Shown here: piece by piece, positions 1 to 13,996 of the stretch
Position numbering within the stretch: the stretch's first letter is position 1
How the letters are laid out: the number at the start of each line of letters is the position of its first letter
Notes under the pieces: generated by a model
Databases searched by the model: none
What the model was told of the DNA's origin: nothing
The model's input: only the letters and a program-made list of their open reading frames with translations
Translations under genes and position numbers: made by a program
Source of the DNA: Eledone cirrhosa
Lineage: Eukaryota
Direction of reading: 5' to 3'
Assembly (NCBI GenBank): GCA_964016885.1
Contig: CAXHJY010000596.1
Span: 16,841 to 80,840, forward strand
DNA: 64,000 nucleotides

Positions 1-56
1 AAAGTTGCCAAAACACATATATACCTGTAACTTTGTTTAATTGGTGTATGTTTAAA

Positions 57-103
<47 letters not shown>

Positions 104-427
104 TATTAAAAAAACGAAAATTAGTGATGCATCTGGACTCAGTTTATTGCGTGTTACAATTGTTTCGCCGGCAGGTAGCTCGAGACATGATCACTGTATG
201 GATCTGGCTGATTCTACGGCTGCAGGTTCCTTTCGGACCAAATTTTCTCACTGGGGTGTTATCGCCAAAAAACACCTTCAAAAAACATCTTCCACTCTTG
301 TCATGCCATTGGCTCTTGTTTTTCTGCGTCATCATAAATTCTGGTCACTATTTACTGCTACACTCTGCTAATTTTGGCATACCGCCTATGGTAGCACCAT
401 AGCTACCATTATACAAATTATACAAAC

Positions 428-494
<67 letters not shown>

Positions 495-521
495 TTTAAT
501 GTATAATAAACAATACAATAT

Positions 522-599
522 AATTACCTCATTACCAAAGGTTTCCCGAATATGACGAATACAAGAAACGTTCGCATTCGTTCGTCAGACAAGGCAATT
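522..599 (-). ncRNA. Hammerhead ribozyme, family A
   Basis: Minus strand: aattgccttgt CTGACGA (582-588) ... GAAAC (541-545) CTTTG GTA atgaggtaatt. Confidence 0.8.
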
Positions 600-1034
600 T
601 AAAACATAGTGAAATATTTGAAAAATCTGCTCAGGCAAGCATATCAGTGTATGTGTGACCACAAATGAGTATATAATATATGTTGAAAAAGGAATTGTAA
701 TAATAGCTGAGTCTGTATGTACGCTAACTATATTATCTTACAATTCCTTTTTCAACATATATTATATATGTATTTGTGGTCACACATACACTAATATGTT
801 TGCCCTCATGTATGTACTTACGCACACATTTTTTCACTATACACATGCATTTGTACATACACACATATGTACATTTGTAGGTGCATATACACACATTTAT
901 ACACATCCCTTTACTATATTTCGTTATTTTATTTTTATATCTCTTGTATTATTAGTAATATTTATTTTTTTTTTTTTGCCTGTTAAACTTTTGCCTTTCT
1001 TGAGGAGATTTTTCAAATATTTCACTATGTTTTA

Positions 1035-1112
1035 AATTGCCTTGTCTGACGAACGAATGCGGACGTTTCTTGTATTCGTGTTATTCGGGAAACCTCTGGT
1101 AATGAGGTAATT
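1035..1112 (+). ncRNA. Hammerhead ribozyme, family A
   Basis: CTGACGA 1046-1052; stem II CGAAT/ATTCG; GAAAC 1089-1093; stem III ACC-TCT-GGT; GTA 1099-1101; 11-bp stem I aattgccttgt/atgaggtaatt with G-U wobbles. Confidence 0.85.
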
Positions 1113-1403
1113 ATATTGTATTGTTTATTATATATTAAATATTTAGCTCTGTAACTTACATAGAGCACTCTTCACTCCTATGACTTTTTCAATTTTCAAC
1201 GGAAACTTCAATACTTATATATATATATATATAAGATACAACGGAGCTTACACACACAGACAGAGACAGACAGAGATATGTATGTATCAACGTCGCACAC
1301 GAAAAACCGAAATACACGGAACGAACAAAATCATCCACACCACCCCTCCTATACAAGATATACACATACATATATTCTCATGTATATATATATATACATA
1401 TAT

Positions 1404-1588
1404 TTGTTTCTACTTTTGGCACAAGGCCAGCAATTACCCAGTGCATTACTGGTACTTTATTTTATCGACCCCGTAAGGATGAAAGGCAAAGTCAACCTCG
1501 GCGGGATTTGAACTCAGATCGTAAAGGGACGTAACTATGCTGGAAAGCATGGCGTCCGACCCTCTACCGATACTGCCAATCCACCGCC
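1404..1588 (-). mobile_element. tRNA-derived SINE (family S1)
   Basis: A-box-like TGGCAGTATCGG, B box GAGTTCAAATCC and central GACTTTGCCTTTCATCCTTACGGGGTCGATAAAATAAAGTACCAG (resembles the Meta/MESC-type SINE domain). More than 10 copies in the window. Confidence 0.85.
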
Positions 1589-1656
1589 TATATATATACA
1601 TATATTATAATGAAATGACAGGAGGCTGGATTTGTGTAAATCCTTGAAAGGTTTAT

Positions 1657-1716
1657 TATACTATGATCATTTCAATGACCGGGTTCCGTATGAATCAGGT
1701 GATATCATCAGGTATT
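1657..1716 (-). ncRNA. Hammerhead ribozyme (singleton family)
   Basis: Minus strand: atac CTGATGA (1705-1711), imperfect 13-bp stem II, GAAAT-GATC-ATA, then gtat (stem I). Confidence 0.7.
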
Positions 1717-1822
1717 CGAAATATAATACGTGAATGTAATAGATAAAATCCATGGGGCTGAAAATCGAGGACCCGAGGGCGACCGCTATTCTGTTTCCTT
1801 CAACCTCAGCCGGTCGCCCTGA

Positions 1823-1861
<39 letters not shown>

Positions 1862-1864
<3 letters not shown>

Positions 1865-2047
1865 TGAAATTCTATTATAACGAAATTCACGGGCTATAAA
1901 AAAATTCGTTGTAAAGAAAATTTCTTTATAACGAGATCGACCCAAATAAATGGACCGTTTGTTTGTTATTACGCTGGGGATTGAAAAAAATGTTGTTATA
2001 CTGAAAAATTTGTTATAATGGTATTCGTTATAACGGAATTTTACCTG
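1862..2047. mobile_element. pogo/Tigger-like MITE
   Basis: TIRs CAGTGAAATTCTATTATAACGAA / TTCGTTATAACGGAATTTTACCTG, internal GTTATAA sub-repeats, flanking TA. Confidence 0.7.
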
Positions 2048-2053
2048 TATATG

Positions 2054-2090
<37 letters not shown>

Positions 2091-2267
2091 ATACACACAC
2101 ATACACCTATGCATACATATATAAGTTGGTTGCCATCAGGTAACACAGAAGATTCGAACCGAAAACTACCCCCCATATCATACCACGTGATTTATGGGTA
2201 ATTCTTAAAATACTGTTGGATATCATATTACGTTACACGAAACTGTCACTTTCAGACTCTCTTTCTT

Positions 2268-2299
2268 ATATATATATATATATATAAACACACACATAC

Positions 2300-2343
<44 letters not shown>

Positions 2344-2347
2344 GTAA

Positions 2348-2407
<60 letters not shown>

Positions 2408-2447
2408 ACACACATACGTATATATATATATATAAACACACACATAC

Positions 2448-2484
<37 letters not shown>

Positions 2485-2493
2485 CATACATAC

Positions 2494-2534
<41 letters not shown>

Positions 2535-2591
2535 TATCTATATATATATACATACATATATATATATATATATACATACATATATATACAT

Positions 2592-2624
<33 letters not shown>

Positions 2625-2627
2625 CAT

Positions 2628-2660
<33 letters not shown>

Positions 2661-2663
2661 CAT

Positions 2664-2694
<31 letters not shown>

Positions 2695-2697
2695 CAT

Positions 2698-2754
<57 letters not shown>

Positions 2755-2768
2755 TATACACATATATA
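2268..2768. repeat. Compound (TA)n/(CA)n microsatellite
   Basis: Direct inspection. Confidence 0.95.
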
Positions 2769-3277
2769 ATGGGCCGTTTTTTTATATGCATCTTTTTGCA
2801 CACATACCTGCCTGACAGTTATTGCTAATTACGCGCATCACGTGGATCATAATGATGATGCTGATGATGCTGATGATGCTGATGATGGTGGTGGTGGTGG
2901 TGGTGTTGATGACAACAACAACAACAACAACAACAACAACAGCAACAACAACTATTCTTAATATAAGAGACGAGCGAAAGAGACGGGGGTGAAGTACCGT
3001 CGCCCTGCTCTATTTCCCTACCTACCACTCAAACAAACAAAACTCATAAAACACAAAACTACATGGACCCCTTTCATTTTTACCACTTTTTTTTTTCTTT
3101 TTTGTGTTCACATCATCATCATCATCGCCTACTTCTTCATCTGCTCCCCCCCCCCTCCCCTCCCCATCTCCCCCTCCTCAATCGTCTTTGGCAATCTAAA
3201 TTAAGACTTCAAAGGAAGGATTAACATCTGGCTGTTTGATGTAAAATATACGGCATCCTCTCCGATCTGCTTTCTCT

Positions 3278-4010
<733 letters not shown>

Positions 4011-4174
4011 TTTTATTTCTGTCGGTACCAGTTCATTTAACCGATTGCTGCCTAGACATTATATATTCTCAACCATAGTCACATACCACCTTCCACAACC
4101 AAACCCGATGGTATGTATTGCTCTAACACACACATACACAAATATCTATTCAGAAAAACACACTGACACTCCAG

Positions 4175-4257
<83 letters not shown>

Positions 4258-4440
4258 TATATTATATTTAGAGTTATAAACTCAAACAGTCCTTTACAAT
4301 TAATTAGCTCAAAGAAAGAAGCATTTCTGAGCCGTGAAATACAAGTTAATATAAATTAATATATGATAAACACATAAGTGTTTGTATTGTAAATGACCAA
4401 GTTAGCTAGAATGAAATATACTAATTAAATTATATTAACT

Positions 4441-4479
<39 letters not shown>

Positions 4480-4833
4480 ACTAGAGATTGATTAACATAT
4501 AAATAAACATGAATAATCACAGGAGATAATTTATACAAGTGTGTAACCACACATAGCTAGGTAGGTAACTAAATAAAGTTAACCAGAACTTCAATAACAG
4601 ATACCTTATAATATGATTAATCTTCCCTGTATATATTCCATTAAAGAAATATATTATTATAAAATGCTCGGACCTACTCGTTAGAATCTTAGAGCTTATT
4701 TTACGGGTGATATGGCGCATGTCTTTCTGGCATGACACCCATAATTTTTATTTAGATTAAATTCATTTGATTTATCTTAATTTTGGATATATATATATAT
4801 ATATAGTTATGTAATAAACAACATAAGGCAATT

Positions 4834-4896
4834 ATTCCATTTGCCAGTGGTTTCTTAAAAGCAAAAAATGTTGCTTTCAATCCTCAGAATGAAAAA
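4834..4896 (-). ncRNA. Hammerhead ribozyme, cleavage triplet mutated to GCA
   Basis: Mirror copy of 4958-5019; reads GAAACCACTGGCA. Confidence 0.65.
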
Positions 4897-4957
4897 ATCC
4901 TGGTCTGTTTATTGAATTTGGTTTTTAAAATCCAAATTCAATAAACAGACCAGGATT

Positions 4958-5019
4958 TTTTCCTTCTGAGGATTGAAAGCAAAATATTTTGCTTTTAAGA
5001 AACCACTGGTAAATGGAAT
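4958..5019 (+). ncRNA. Hammerhead ribozyme
   Basis: CTGAGGA 4966-4972; stem II TTGAAAGCAAA/TTTGCTTTTAA; GAAAC 4999-5003; ACC-ACT-GGT; GTA 5009-5011; stem I ttcc(a)tt/aatggaa. Confidence 0.8.
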
Positions 5020-5112
5020 AATTGCCTTATGTTGTTTATTACATAACTATTAAGCTCTGTTACCTACATAGAGCACTCTTTTTTCCTGGACTTTTCCGAC
5101 GGAATTACTTCA

Positions 5113-5185
<73 letters not shown>

Positions 5186-5254
5186 CCAAGAAAAACTTAT
5201 ACCGTTAAGGTATATTCTCCTTGGTTAGGTCAACATTTATAAAACACATTTCGT

Positions 5255-5312
5255 ATTTTATCTGATGATAGCGTACCAAAATTTTGGTACTCTTGAGATA
5301 TATATAATAGAA
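5255..5312 (+). ncRNA. Hammerhead ribozyme, family B, decayed (GAAA>GAGA)
   Basis: CTGATGA 5262-5268; stem II GTACCAA/TTGGTAC; homologous to 49144-49202. Confidence 0.6.
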
Positions 5313-5353
5313 TAAATATGGTTTTATAAATATAGTTTCCATTTATTAAATAT

Positions 5354-5422
<69 letters not shown>

Positions 5423-5425
<3 letters not shown>

Positions 5426-5627
5426 CGAGAGAAATGTGGTACGGAACCAGGTGGACCATAACGCACCAAAGAACTCAATACTTAGGGTAGGAGAGTGGGT
5501 AATAGGAACGAGTAGGACCCCGACGGCTGAGCTCAAGCCGTTTAGACGGCTAATTCTGGACTTTTTTTAGTCCAGAATTAGCCGTCGAAACGGCTTGAGC
5601 TCAGCCGTCGGGGTCCTACTCGTTCCT

Positions 5628-5629
<2 letters not shown>
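5423..5629. mobile_element. Fold-back insertion, family D (3' half of a hammerhead)
   Basis: Palindrome 5502-5629 containing GAAACGGCT-TGAGCTC-AGCCGTC, with a one-sided tail 5423-5501. Confidence 0.7.
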
Positions 5630-5684
<55 letters not shown>

Positions 5685-5824
5685 TAATAATAAATTTGAA
5701 GACTAAAATCCTCACAACACCTCACAACACCTACACGCTGCAACTGTCGGAAAAGCCATCATGCCAAAAGTACAAGATACCACTCCCTCTCTGGCATTTG
5801 ACGATGGGCCGGGTGGCATATGGG

Positions 5825-5975
5825 TATGTGTGTATATATTTATACATATAGATATATATACATATATATAGATATATTTATACATATACACACATATATA
5901 TATATATATTTATACATATATATTTATACACATATATATGTATATATATATTTATACATATATATATATACATAC

Positions 5976-6024
<49 letters not shown>

Positions 6025-6041
6025 CACATATATATATATAC

Positions 6042-6106
<65 letters not shown>

Positions 6107-6115
6107 TATATATAC

Positions 6116-6148
<33 letters not shown>

Positions 6149-6217
6149 CACATATATATATATACATATATATACATATATATATATATACACATATATA
6201 TATATACATATATATAC

Positions 6218-6264
<47 letters not shown>

Positions 6265-6281
6265 CACATATATATATATAC

Positions 6282-6314
<33 letters not shown>

Positions 6315-6317
6315 CAC

Positions 6318-6348
<31 letters not shown>

Positions 6349-6377
6349 CACATATATATATATATACATATATATAC

Positions 6378-6444
<67 letters not shown>

Positions 6445-6537
6445 CATATATATATATTTATACGTATACACATATATATATACATATATATATACATATA
6501 TATATATATATACATATATATATTTATACGTATACAC

Positions 6538-6592
<55 letters not shown>

Positions 6593-6645
6593 CATATATA
6601 TACATATATATACATATATATACATATATATATATATATACATAT
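5825..6645. repeat. (TA)n/TACA microsatellite
   Basis: Direct inspection. Confidence 0.95.
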
Positions 6646-6697
6646 AAATCAGGAAAGAAGGTTTACATGGTTTGCTATACAAAAAAGTTTTTAATCA

Positions 6698-6810
6698 CAT
6701 AGCTTACATTTGTTTCACTGAACTGGTATGTCTAGAGATCGCTATCCGCCTAATTTTGCGTCACTCGATCGCCAATACAGAATTATAACCAGTCAGATCT
6801 TCGGAGCATG
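6698..6810 (-). ncRNA. Hammerhead ribozyme with CCGAAGA core and long stem II insert
   Basis: Minus strand: catgct CCGAAGA (6798-6804) tCTGACTGGT...ACCAGTTCAGt GAAAC-AAAT-GTA agctatg. Confidence 0.65.
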
Positions 6811-6900
6811 CGAGAATCATCCACTACCTGGAATACCATAACTGGACTTCACCTAAGTGGACTGCATTTAACTATTATTTGTTAATCCGTATATATATAC

Positions 6901-6947
<47 letters not shown>

Positions 6948-7190
6948 CATAAACATGTATATATTTATACATATACATATACATATATATATACATATAC
7001 ATATATATACATGTACATATACATATATATACATGTACATATATATATACATATACCTATATATACATGTCTATGTACATATACATAAATATATATAATT
7101 ATGCATATACATATATAGAGATATATGTATACATATATGTGTGTGTGTATATATATATGTATATAAATATATATATATATATATATAAAT

Positions 7191-7342
<152 letters not shown>

Positions 7343-7469
7343 GTTCTATTTAATATGTTGGGATACAACAAGCAAATATGTTTATAACTGATATAAAGCA
7401 CTCAACAAATAATTGGAGTAAAAATACGATATATTAACAAATGGAAACTATATTTATAAAACCATATTT

Positions 7470-7532
7470 ATTTCATTATACATATTTCAAGGACACCAAG
7501 TCAAATTATGGTGCGCTTTCATCAGATAAAAT
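7470..7532 (-). ncRNA. Hammerhead ribozyme, family B
   Basis: Minus strand: ttttat CTGATGA (7519-7525) aagcgcacca...tggtgtcctt GAAAT-ATGT-ATA atgaaa; host element about 7338-7612. Confidence 0.75.
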
Positions 7533-7734
7533 ATAATATAGAGCAGTTTTATAAATAAATATTGACATACCCTTGAAGAATGCGACCATTTCTGTTGGAA
7601 GCTCCCGGATAGTGGGGTTACTAATTTTATTATTGGTCTATTATGCAAATTAGTGTCGGATAGGTTTAAATCACAGTAGATTTAAAATAGGCCGTTGGAG
7701 TATGGAGAAAGAAAAAAGGAAAAGAGAAAGAACA

Positions 7735-7795
<61 letters not shown>

Positions 7796-7918
7796 GGAGG
7801 TGAGTTTTATTGTAGTACAATAAAGCAATGCAGATATCGGATAAGAAGCACTCTACAGTTTGTAGGACTGGAGTATACATAATATATAAGACCAAAAGAT
7901 GGTTAAATGAGTTCCATG

Positions 7919-7989
7919 TATTTTATTATGCGCATTTCAAAAACAAATATCATCATGCAATAACATTTGTGTTTTCATCAGATAAAATA
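7919..7989 (-). ncRNA. Hammerhead ribozyme, family C
   Basis: Mirror of 8119-8189; TCATCAG at 7975-7981. Confidence 0.85.
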
Positions 7990-8118
7990 GGAAGACATGA
8001 TATGAAGGTTAAAAACACTTGTGGATAGTGCAGTTTTAAATCAACATATTTAAATTTCATATGTTGATTTAAAACTGCACTATCCACAAGTGTTTTTAAC
8101 CTTCATATCATGTCTTCC

Positions 8119-8189
8119 TATTTTATCTGATGAAAACACAAATGTTATTGCATGATGATATTTGTTTTTGAAATGCGCATAATAAAATA
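8119..8189 (+). ncRNA. Hammerhead ribozyme, family C
   Basis: tattttat CTGATGA (8127-8133), long stem II (ACAAATGTTATT/GATGATATTTGT), GAAAT-GCGC-ATA (8170-8181), ataaaata (8-bp stem I). Confidence 0.85.
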
Positions 8190-8232
8190 CATGGAACTCA
8201 TTTAACCATCTTTTGATCTTATATATTATATA

Positions 8233-8500
<268 letters not shown>

Positions 8501-8518
8501 TATATATATATATATATA

Positions 8519-8572
8519 CAATATTTCAATGGCCACCAAGGCAAACTATGGTGCGCTTTCATCAGATAAAAT
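8519..8572 (-). ncRNA. Hammerhead ribozyme, family B, truncated near the cleavage site
   Basis: TCATCAG 8559-8565, stem II and GAAAT present; the 3' strand of stem I is replaced by (TA)n. Confidence 0.55.
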
Positions 8573-9260
8573 ATAATATAGGTTAGTTTTATAAATATAT
8601 ATATATATTTATCTTTTGTTACTTACTCAGTTTCATACGTGGGCATGCAAACAGGTTTATATGCGCGAGTATAAGTATGTGTGTGTGTGTGTGTGTATGT
8701 ACGTATCGAACGTATGGAAGTGTAAGTGCGCGTGTGTATATAAGCATAATTATTTTTACATTTCTTTTGTGAGACACGCGTGTCTGTGTATGTATGTACC
8801 CCCCCCCCCTTTTTTGTTTTCTTTAATTTTTTCTTTCTATCTTGTCTTTCTAATTTATCGTTACTATATTTTTTATAAATATATCGAGACAGATACTTTT
8901 CTTTTAATTATTATACTCTCTTTACCTCCTTTCTTTCCGCATCTAAGTGTACGAGTGTCCAGGCGTTTTTATGCGCGCGACTTTATATTCTTATATTTAC
9001 GATGTAACCATTTCTGTCTGTATAATACAGACATATAGATACATTTGCCCTAAATTTTTATAATTACGCACACTTTCTAACTATACATTTACATGTGCAC
9101 ATATACATATATGCACATCTGTGAGCGTATATACATACACATACACACACCTAACTATTTTTCTTGATAGATTTTTATATATTTCAATTTCTATTTCATT
9201 TATCTATATATTTTTTTGATTTTCTTGATGTGTTTTTCTAAGTATTTGCCCATGTTTTAT

Positions 9261-9338
9261 ATTGCCTCGTCTGACGAACGAATGAAGTCGTTTATTTCGT
9301 ATTCGCCTCATTCGGGAAACCTCTGGTAATGAGGTAAT
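9261..9338 (+). ncRNA. Hammerhead ribozyme, family A
   Basis: attgcctcgt CTGACGA (9271-9277) aCGAATGA...TCATTCGg GAAAC (9316-9320) CTCTG GTA atgaggtaat. Confidence 0.88.
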
Positions 9339-9359
9339 TATATTGTATTGATTTTATAC

Positions 9360-9418
<59 letters not shown>

Positions 9419-9535
9419 AAGGAGTTGTGGTAAGGAAGCAGATGTAAAAGTAGATTGAGGATAAAAGGGACACCAAATTCATCCAGAAATTGCCGTCGAA
9501 ACGGCTTGAGCTCTGCCGTCGGGGTCATACTTTTT

Positions 9536-9568
<33 letters not shown>

Positions 9569-9654
9569 TAAGGTAATGCTTTTTGTTTCTTTCTTTCTTT
9601 GTTTAATGCCTCTCTTCTATTTTTTTTGTACGTTGTTTTTTTAATTCTTTCATC

Positions 9655-10620
9655 TAACAATCCATCTAACAATCCACCTAACAATCCACCTAACAATCCA
9701 TCTAACAACATCACCATCACCAACACCACCACCACCATTACCACCATACCACCACCACCAAGACTACTACCACCACTACTACCATCACCATCGCCATCAC
9801 CAATACCACCAAGACTACTACTACCACCATCACCATCACCACCACCACCACTACCACCATCACCACCACCACCACCACCACCACCATCACCACCATCACT
9901 ACCACCACCACCACCACCACCATCACCACCACCACCACCGCCACCACCATCACCACCGCCACCACCATCACCACCACCACCACCATCACCACCATCACCA
10001 CCACCACCACCACCATCGCCACCACCACCACCACCATCGCCACGACCACCACCACCACTACCACCACCACCACCACCATCGCCACCACCACCACCAACAC
10101 CATCACCACCACCACCACCACCACTACCACCACCACCAACACCACCATCACCACCACCACCACCACCATCGCCACTACCACCATCACCACCACCACCACC
10201 ACCACCACCGACACCACCACCACCACCATCGCCACGACCACCACCACCACCACCACCATCGCCACCACCACCACCATCACCACCATCACCACCACCACCA
10301 CCACCACCACCGCCACCACCACCACTACCACCACCATCACCACCACCACCACCACCATCGCCACCACCACCATCGCCACCACCACCACCAACACCATCGC
10401 CACGACCACCACCACCGCCACCACCACCATCACCACTACCACCACCATCACCACTACCACCATCACCACCACCACCGTCACCACCACCACCGCCACCACC
10501 ACCGTCATCACCACCAATACCACCACCGCCACCACCACCGCCACCACCACCACCACCAATACCACCACCGCCACCACTACCACCACCGCCACCACCACCA
10601 CCACCACATCATCATCATCA
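9655..10620. repeat. (CCA)n degenerate trinucleotide array
   Basis: Direct inspection. Confidence 0.9.
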
Positions 10621-11032
10621 ACATCAACGTCATCACTACGATCGTAGACGTCACTCGACGTCGTTCTGATGATATTCCACAGAAAGCTCACCTTTGGATC
10701 TAAAATTAAGCCTTAGAAAAGAGGCGAACAGCCGACACCCGACACCGGATAGCCGACAATGTAGATGAGAAGACAGGCTACCCTCTCCAGCCCGTAGCCT
10801 ACACCTCAGTTGCTGTAAATTAGGCGTGGAGGTAATAATGTGAGCAACTATGTTATGGGCTAAAATATATATATGAAAGATGGCGCCGTCTCCACAATAC
10901 GTCAGATGGGATAGCGAGTCAAACAGACAGCAGGGAACATGTGTACATGTTTATATAGTTTATATATGTATATATATATATATATATATGGAATACTGTT
11001 GGCTTTTTGCTAGAATATTTTCTATACCTTTC

Positions 11033-11125
<93 letters not shown>

Positions 11126-11180
11126 AACATGTACACATGTTTATATATATATATATAATGTATAATAAACAATACAATAT

Positions 11181-11258
11181 AATTACCTCATTACCAGAGG
11201 TTTCCCGAATAAGACGAATACAAGAAACGTCCGCATTTGTTCGTCAGACAAGGCAATT
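11181..11258 (-). ncRNA. Hammerhead ribozyme, family A
   Basis: TCGTCAG 11241-11247, GTTTC 11200-11204. The host element (about 11158-11585) is the reverse complement of 706-1135. Confidence 0.8.
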
Positions 11259-11671
11259 TAAAACAGTGAAATATTTGAAAAATCTCCTCAAGAAAGGCAA
11301 AAGTTTAACGGGCAAAAAAATATATAAATAAATGTAATGCAAGAGATATATAAAAAAATAAAATAAGGAAATATAGTAAGGGTATGTGTATAAATGTGTA
11401 GAAATGCACCTACAAATGTACATATATGTGTATGTACAAATGCATTTGTATAGTGAAAAAATGTGTGCATAAGTACATACATGAGGGCAAGCATATCAGT
11501 GTATGTGTGACCACAAATACGTATATAATATATGTTGAAAAAAGAAATTGTAAGATAATAGAGTTAACGTACATACAGACTCAGGGACTAAGGATTGAAA
11601 TATATACACATACAAGTATGAAAGCACGCAACCACACACATGCAAGTGATATATATATATATATATATATA

Positions 11672-11864
11672 GTTAAAAGAATAGACGTGTAACACACAAG
11701 TTATTATATATTGGTAAACGGAATAGAAAATGCTGACAAATTGTTCACAGTTGAAAACTGTTGAATACTAACCCATACAATCACTAATACTCTTTTATTC
11801 CTAATTAAACCATTTTTCAACTGTGAACAATTTGTCAGCATTTTCTATTCCGTTTACCAATATA
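11672..11864. mobile_element. Fold-back with decayed hammerhead 3' half (GAACAATTTGTCagca)
   Basis: Inverted arms 11706-11757 and 11812-11864, with a one-sided tail. Confidence 0.5.
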
Positions 11865-11969
11865 TATATATATATATATATATAGGTAAGTTATTCCGGG
11901 TTGAATCGGAGGTAACCACAGTAAGTAAGTTACTCAATACATAGCAGAGTATAAAAGTTTTAATAAGCC

Positions 11970-12020
11970 AGACTCCTGATGATTTCTAAAGAATGAAACA
12001 GTTCTTGTCCTGTAGAATCT
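11970..12020 (+). ncRNA. Hammerhead ribozyme (singleton family)
   Basis: agactc CTGATGA (11976-11982) tTTC-TAAA-GAAt GAAACAG-ttcttgtc-CTGTA gaatct. Confidence 0.7.
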
Positions 12021-12222
12021 CATCTATATTAAAACTATATATATATATATAAACATGTGTACACGTTTATATATATATATATATATATATGCAAAAGTTC
12101 TATTTAAAATTGTTGGGATACAACAAGTAAATATTTTTATAACTGATATAAAGCACTCGACAAATATTTGGAGTAGATATACGATATTAATAAATGGAAA
12201 CTATATTTATAAAACCATATTT

Positions 12223-12284
12223 ATTTCATTATACATATTTCAGGGATACCAAATTAAATTATGGTATGCCTTCATCAGACAAAA
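12223..12284 (-). ncRNA. Hammerhead ribozyme, family B
   Basis: TCATCAG 12272-12278; stem II AGGcATACCA/TGGTATcCCT; GAAAT-ATGT-ATA. Confidence 0.75.
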
Positions 12285-12435
12285 TACAATATATAACAGT
12301 TTTACAAATAAGCTTTGACGTACCCCATTTAAAATGCAACCATTATTTTTGGAAGCCATCAGATGGCTTCCAAAAATAATGGTTGCATTTTAATAGGGTA
12401 CGTTAAAGCTTATTTGTAAAACTGTTATATATTGT

Positions 12436-12498
12436 ATTTTGTCTGATGAAGGCATACCATAATTTAATTTAGTATCCCTGAAATATGTATAATGAAAT
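12436..12498 (+). ncRNA. Hammerhead ribozyme, family B
   Basis: CTGATGA 12443-12449, GAAA 12480-12483, ATA 12489-12491. Confidence 0.75.
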
Positions 12499-12538
12499 AA
12501 ATATGGTTTTATAAATATAGTTTCCATTTATTAATATC

Positions 12539-12578
<40 letters not shown>

Positions 12579-12650
12579 GAGTATATACATGTGTACATAT
12601 ATATATAAATATATATAATATGTGTACATATATATACATGTGTACATATT

Positions 12651-12685
<35 letters not shown>

Positions 12686-12798
12686 ACATATATATATATA
12701 CATGTGTACATGTTTATATATATATTGAAGGTTTAAAGATTAATTATTTATGTATTTCTGCGTAAACATGGACAGCGTGAAGTGATTTGAGTTTCGAC

Positions 12799-13190
12799 CC
12801 TTGTTGGGATCTGCGTCAGACGTTGTGTACATCCTTGTTGGGATCTACGTCAGAAATTATGTACATCCTTGTTGGGATCTACGTCAGAAATTATGTACAT
12901 CCTTGTTGGGATCTACGTCAGAAATTGTACATCCTTGTTGAGATCTATGTCAGAAATTGTGTACATCCTTGTTGGGATCTACGTCAGAAATTGTGTACAT
13001 CATTGTTGGGATCTACGTCAGAAATTGTGTACATCCTTGTTCGGATCTACGTCAGAAATTGTGTACATCCTTGTTCGGATCTACGTCAGAAATTGTGTAC
13101 ATCCTTGTTGGGATCTACGTCAGTTGTTGGGATCTACGTCAAAAATTGTGTACATTATTGTTGGGATCTACGTCAGAAGTTGTGTACATC
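12799..13190. repeat. 34-bp minisatellite, about 11 copies
   Basis: Unit CCTTGTTGGGATCTACGTCAGAAATTGTGTACAT. Confidence 0.95.
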
Positions 13191-13535
13191 TTTCACAGTC
13201 TACGAAGAAATACGCAGCCCAAGTGTTACATAACCATCAGATATGGCAAAAGTTGAGAAGAGGTCCTATTACAGCACCAACAGCAACGCACACCGCCGCC
13301 ATTAACACCACCACCACCGCCGCCACCATTAACAACATCACCACCTCCCCCACCACTCTAGATAAAGGTCAGTAGTTATAACAAGACAGAAATACACCAC
13401 CGAAGCCTCGCTAAACAATTCACGCCAGTTTATTTTGGGATTCCTCTTCTAGTTATTGATTGCCGACAGGTGGCGTTACCGTCATAGTGATGGTGGTAGA
13501 GGAGGGGAGGGGGCTACTGTGGGGAAGGGGGGACT

Positions 13536-13957
13536 GTGGTGGTGGTGGTGGGGTGATGTGTTGGTGTGGGGTGGGGTGGTGGTGGTGGTGAAGGAGGTGG
13601 TGGCACTGTGGTGGTGGTGGTGGTAATGGTAATGGTGATGGTGGTGGTAGTGTTGGTGGTAATGGTGATGGTGGTGATGGTGGTAGTCGTAATGGTCGTG
13701 GTGGTCATGGTAGTGATGGTGGTGGTGGTAATGTCAGTGGTAGTGGTGATGGTGATTGTGGTGGTGGTGGTGGTGGTGGTAATGGTAGTGGTGGTAGTGG
13801 TGATGGTGATTGTGGTGGTAGTGGTAATGGTAGTGGCGGTGGTAATGGTAGTGGTTGTAATGGTGGTAGTAAAAGTGGTGGTGCTAGTAGTGGTTGTAAT
13901 GGTAGTAGTAGTGATAGTGGTAGTAATGGTAGTTGCAGTAGTACAGTGGTAGTGGCG

Positions 13958-13996
<39 letters not shown>

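Larger units (their letters stand above)
491..1215. mobile_element. Fold-back PLE pLTR-like insertion (family A) carrying two outward-reading hammerheads
   Basis: 491-712 is the reverse complement (with an internal deletion) of the right arm. The right arm extends about 70 nt further (tail). Both sides are flanked by (TA)n. Confidence 0.75.
4803..5114. mobile_element. Fold-back insertion (family A-related) with two hammerheads
   Basis: Near-perfect palindrome 4803-5050 centred near 4926. The right-hand tail 5051-5114 shares AGCTCTGT.AC.TACATAGAGCACTCTT with 1145-1172. Confidence 0.8.
7792..8228. mobile_element. Fold-back insertion (family C) with two hammerheads
   Basis: Arms 7879-8049 and 8058-8228 are near-perfect reverse complements; one-sided tail 7792-7878; (TA)n flanks. 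Confidence 0.8.
12092..12541. mobile_element. Fold-back insertion (family B) with two hammerheads
   Basis: Arms of about 180 bp meeting at 12361 (GCCATC-A-GATGGC); one-sided tail 12092-12179. Confidence 0.8.

Noticed and set aside
5690-5790. TRCNCRKS peptide resembling the start of the Neptune endonuclease region
   Set aside because: The match is too short and the expected following CP..G.C motif is absent.
9599-10669. 356-aa Pro-rich extensin/formin-like ORF with a hydrophobic N-terminus
   Set aside because: It starts at TTG in a T-rich tract and is a (CCA)n array that is also open on the reverse strand. There is no domain evidence, although exon use cannot be fully excluded.
10683-10831. 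In-frame TGA in ..RQCR*EDRL.. as possible selenocysteine
   Set aside because: No SECIS or family evidence, and a downstream acceptor at 10790 avoids the stop.
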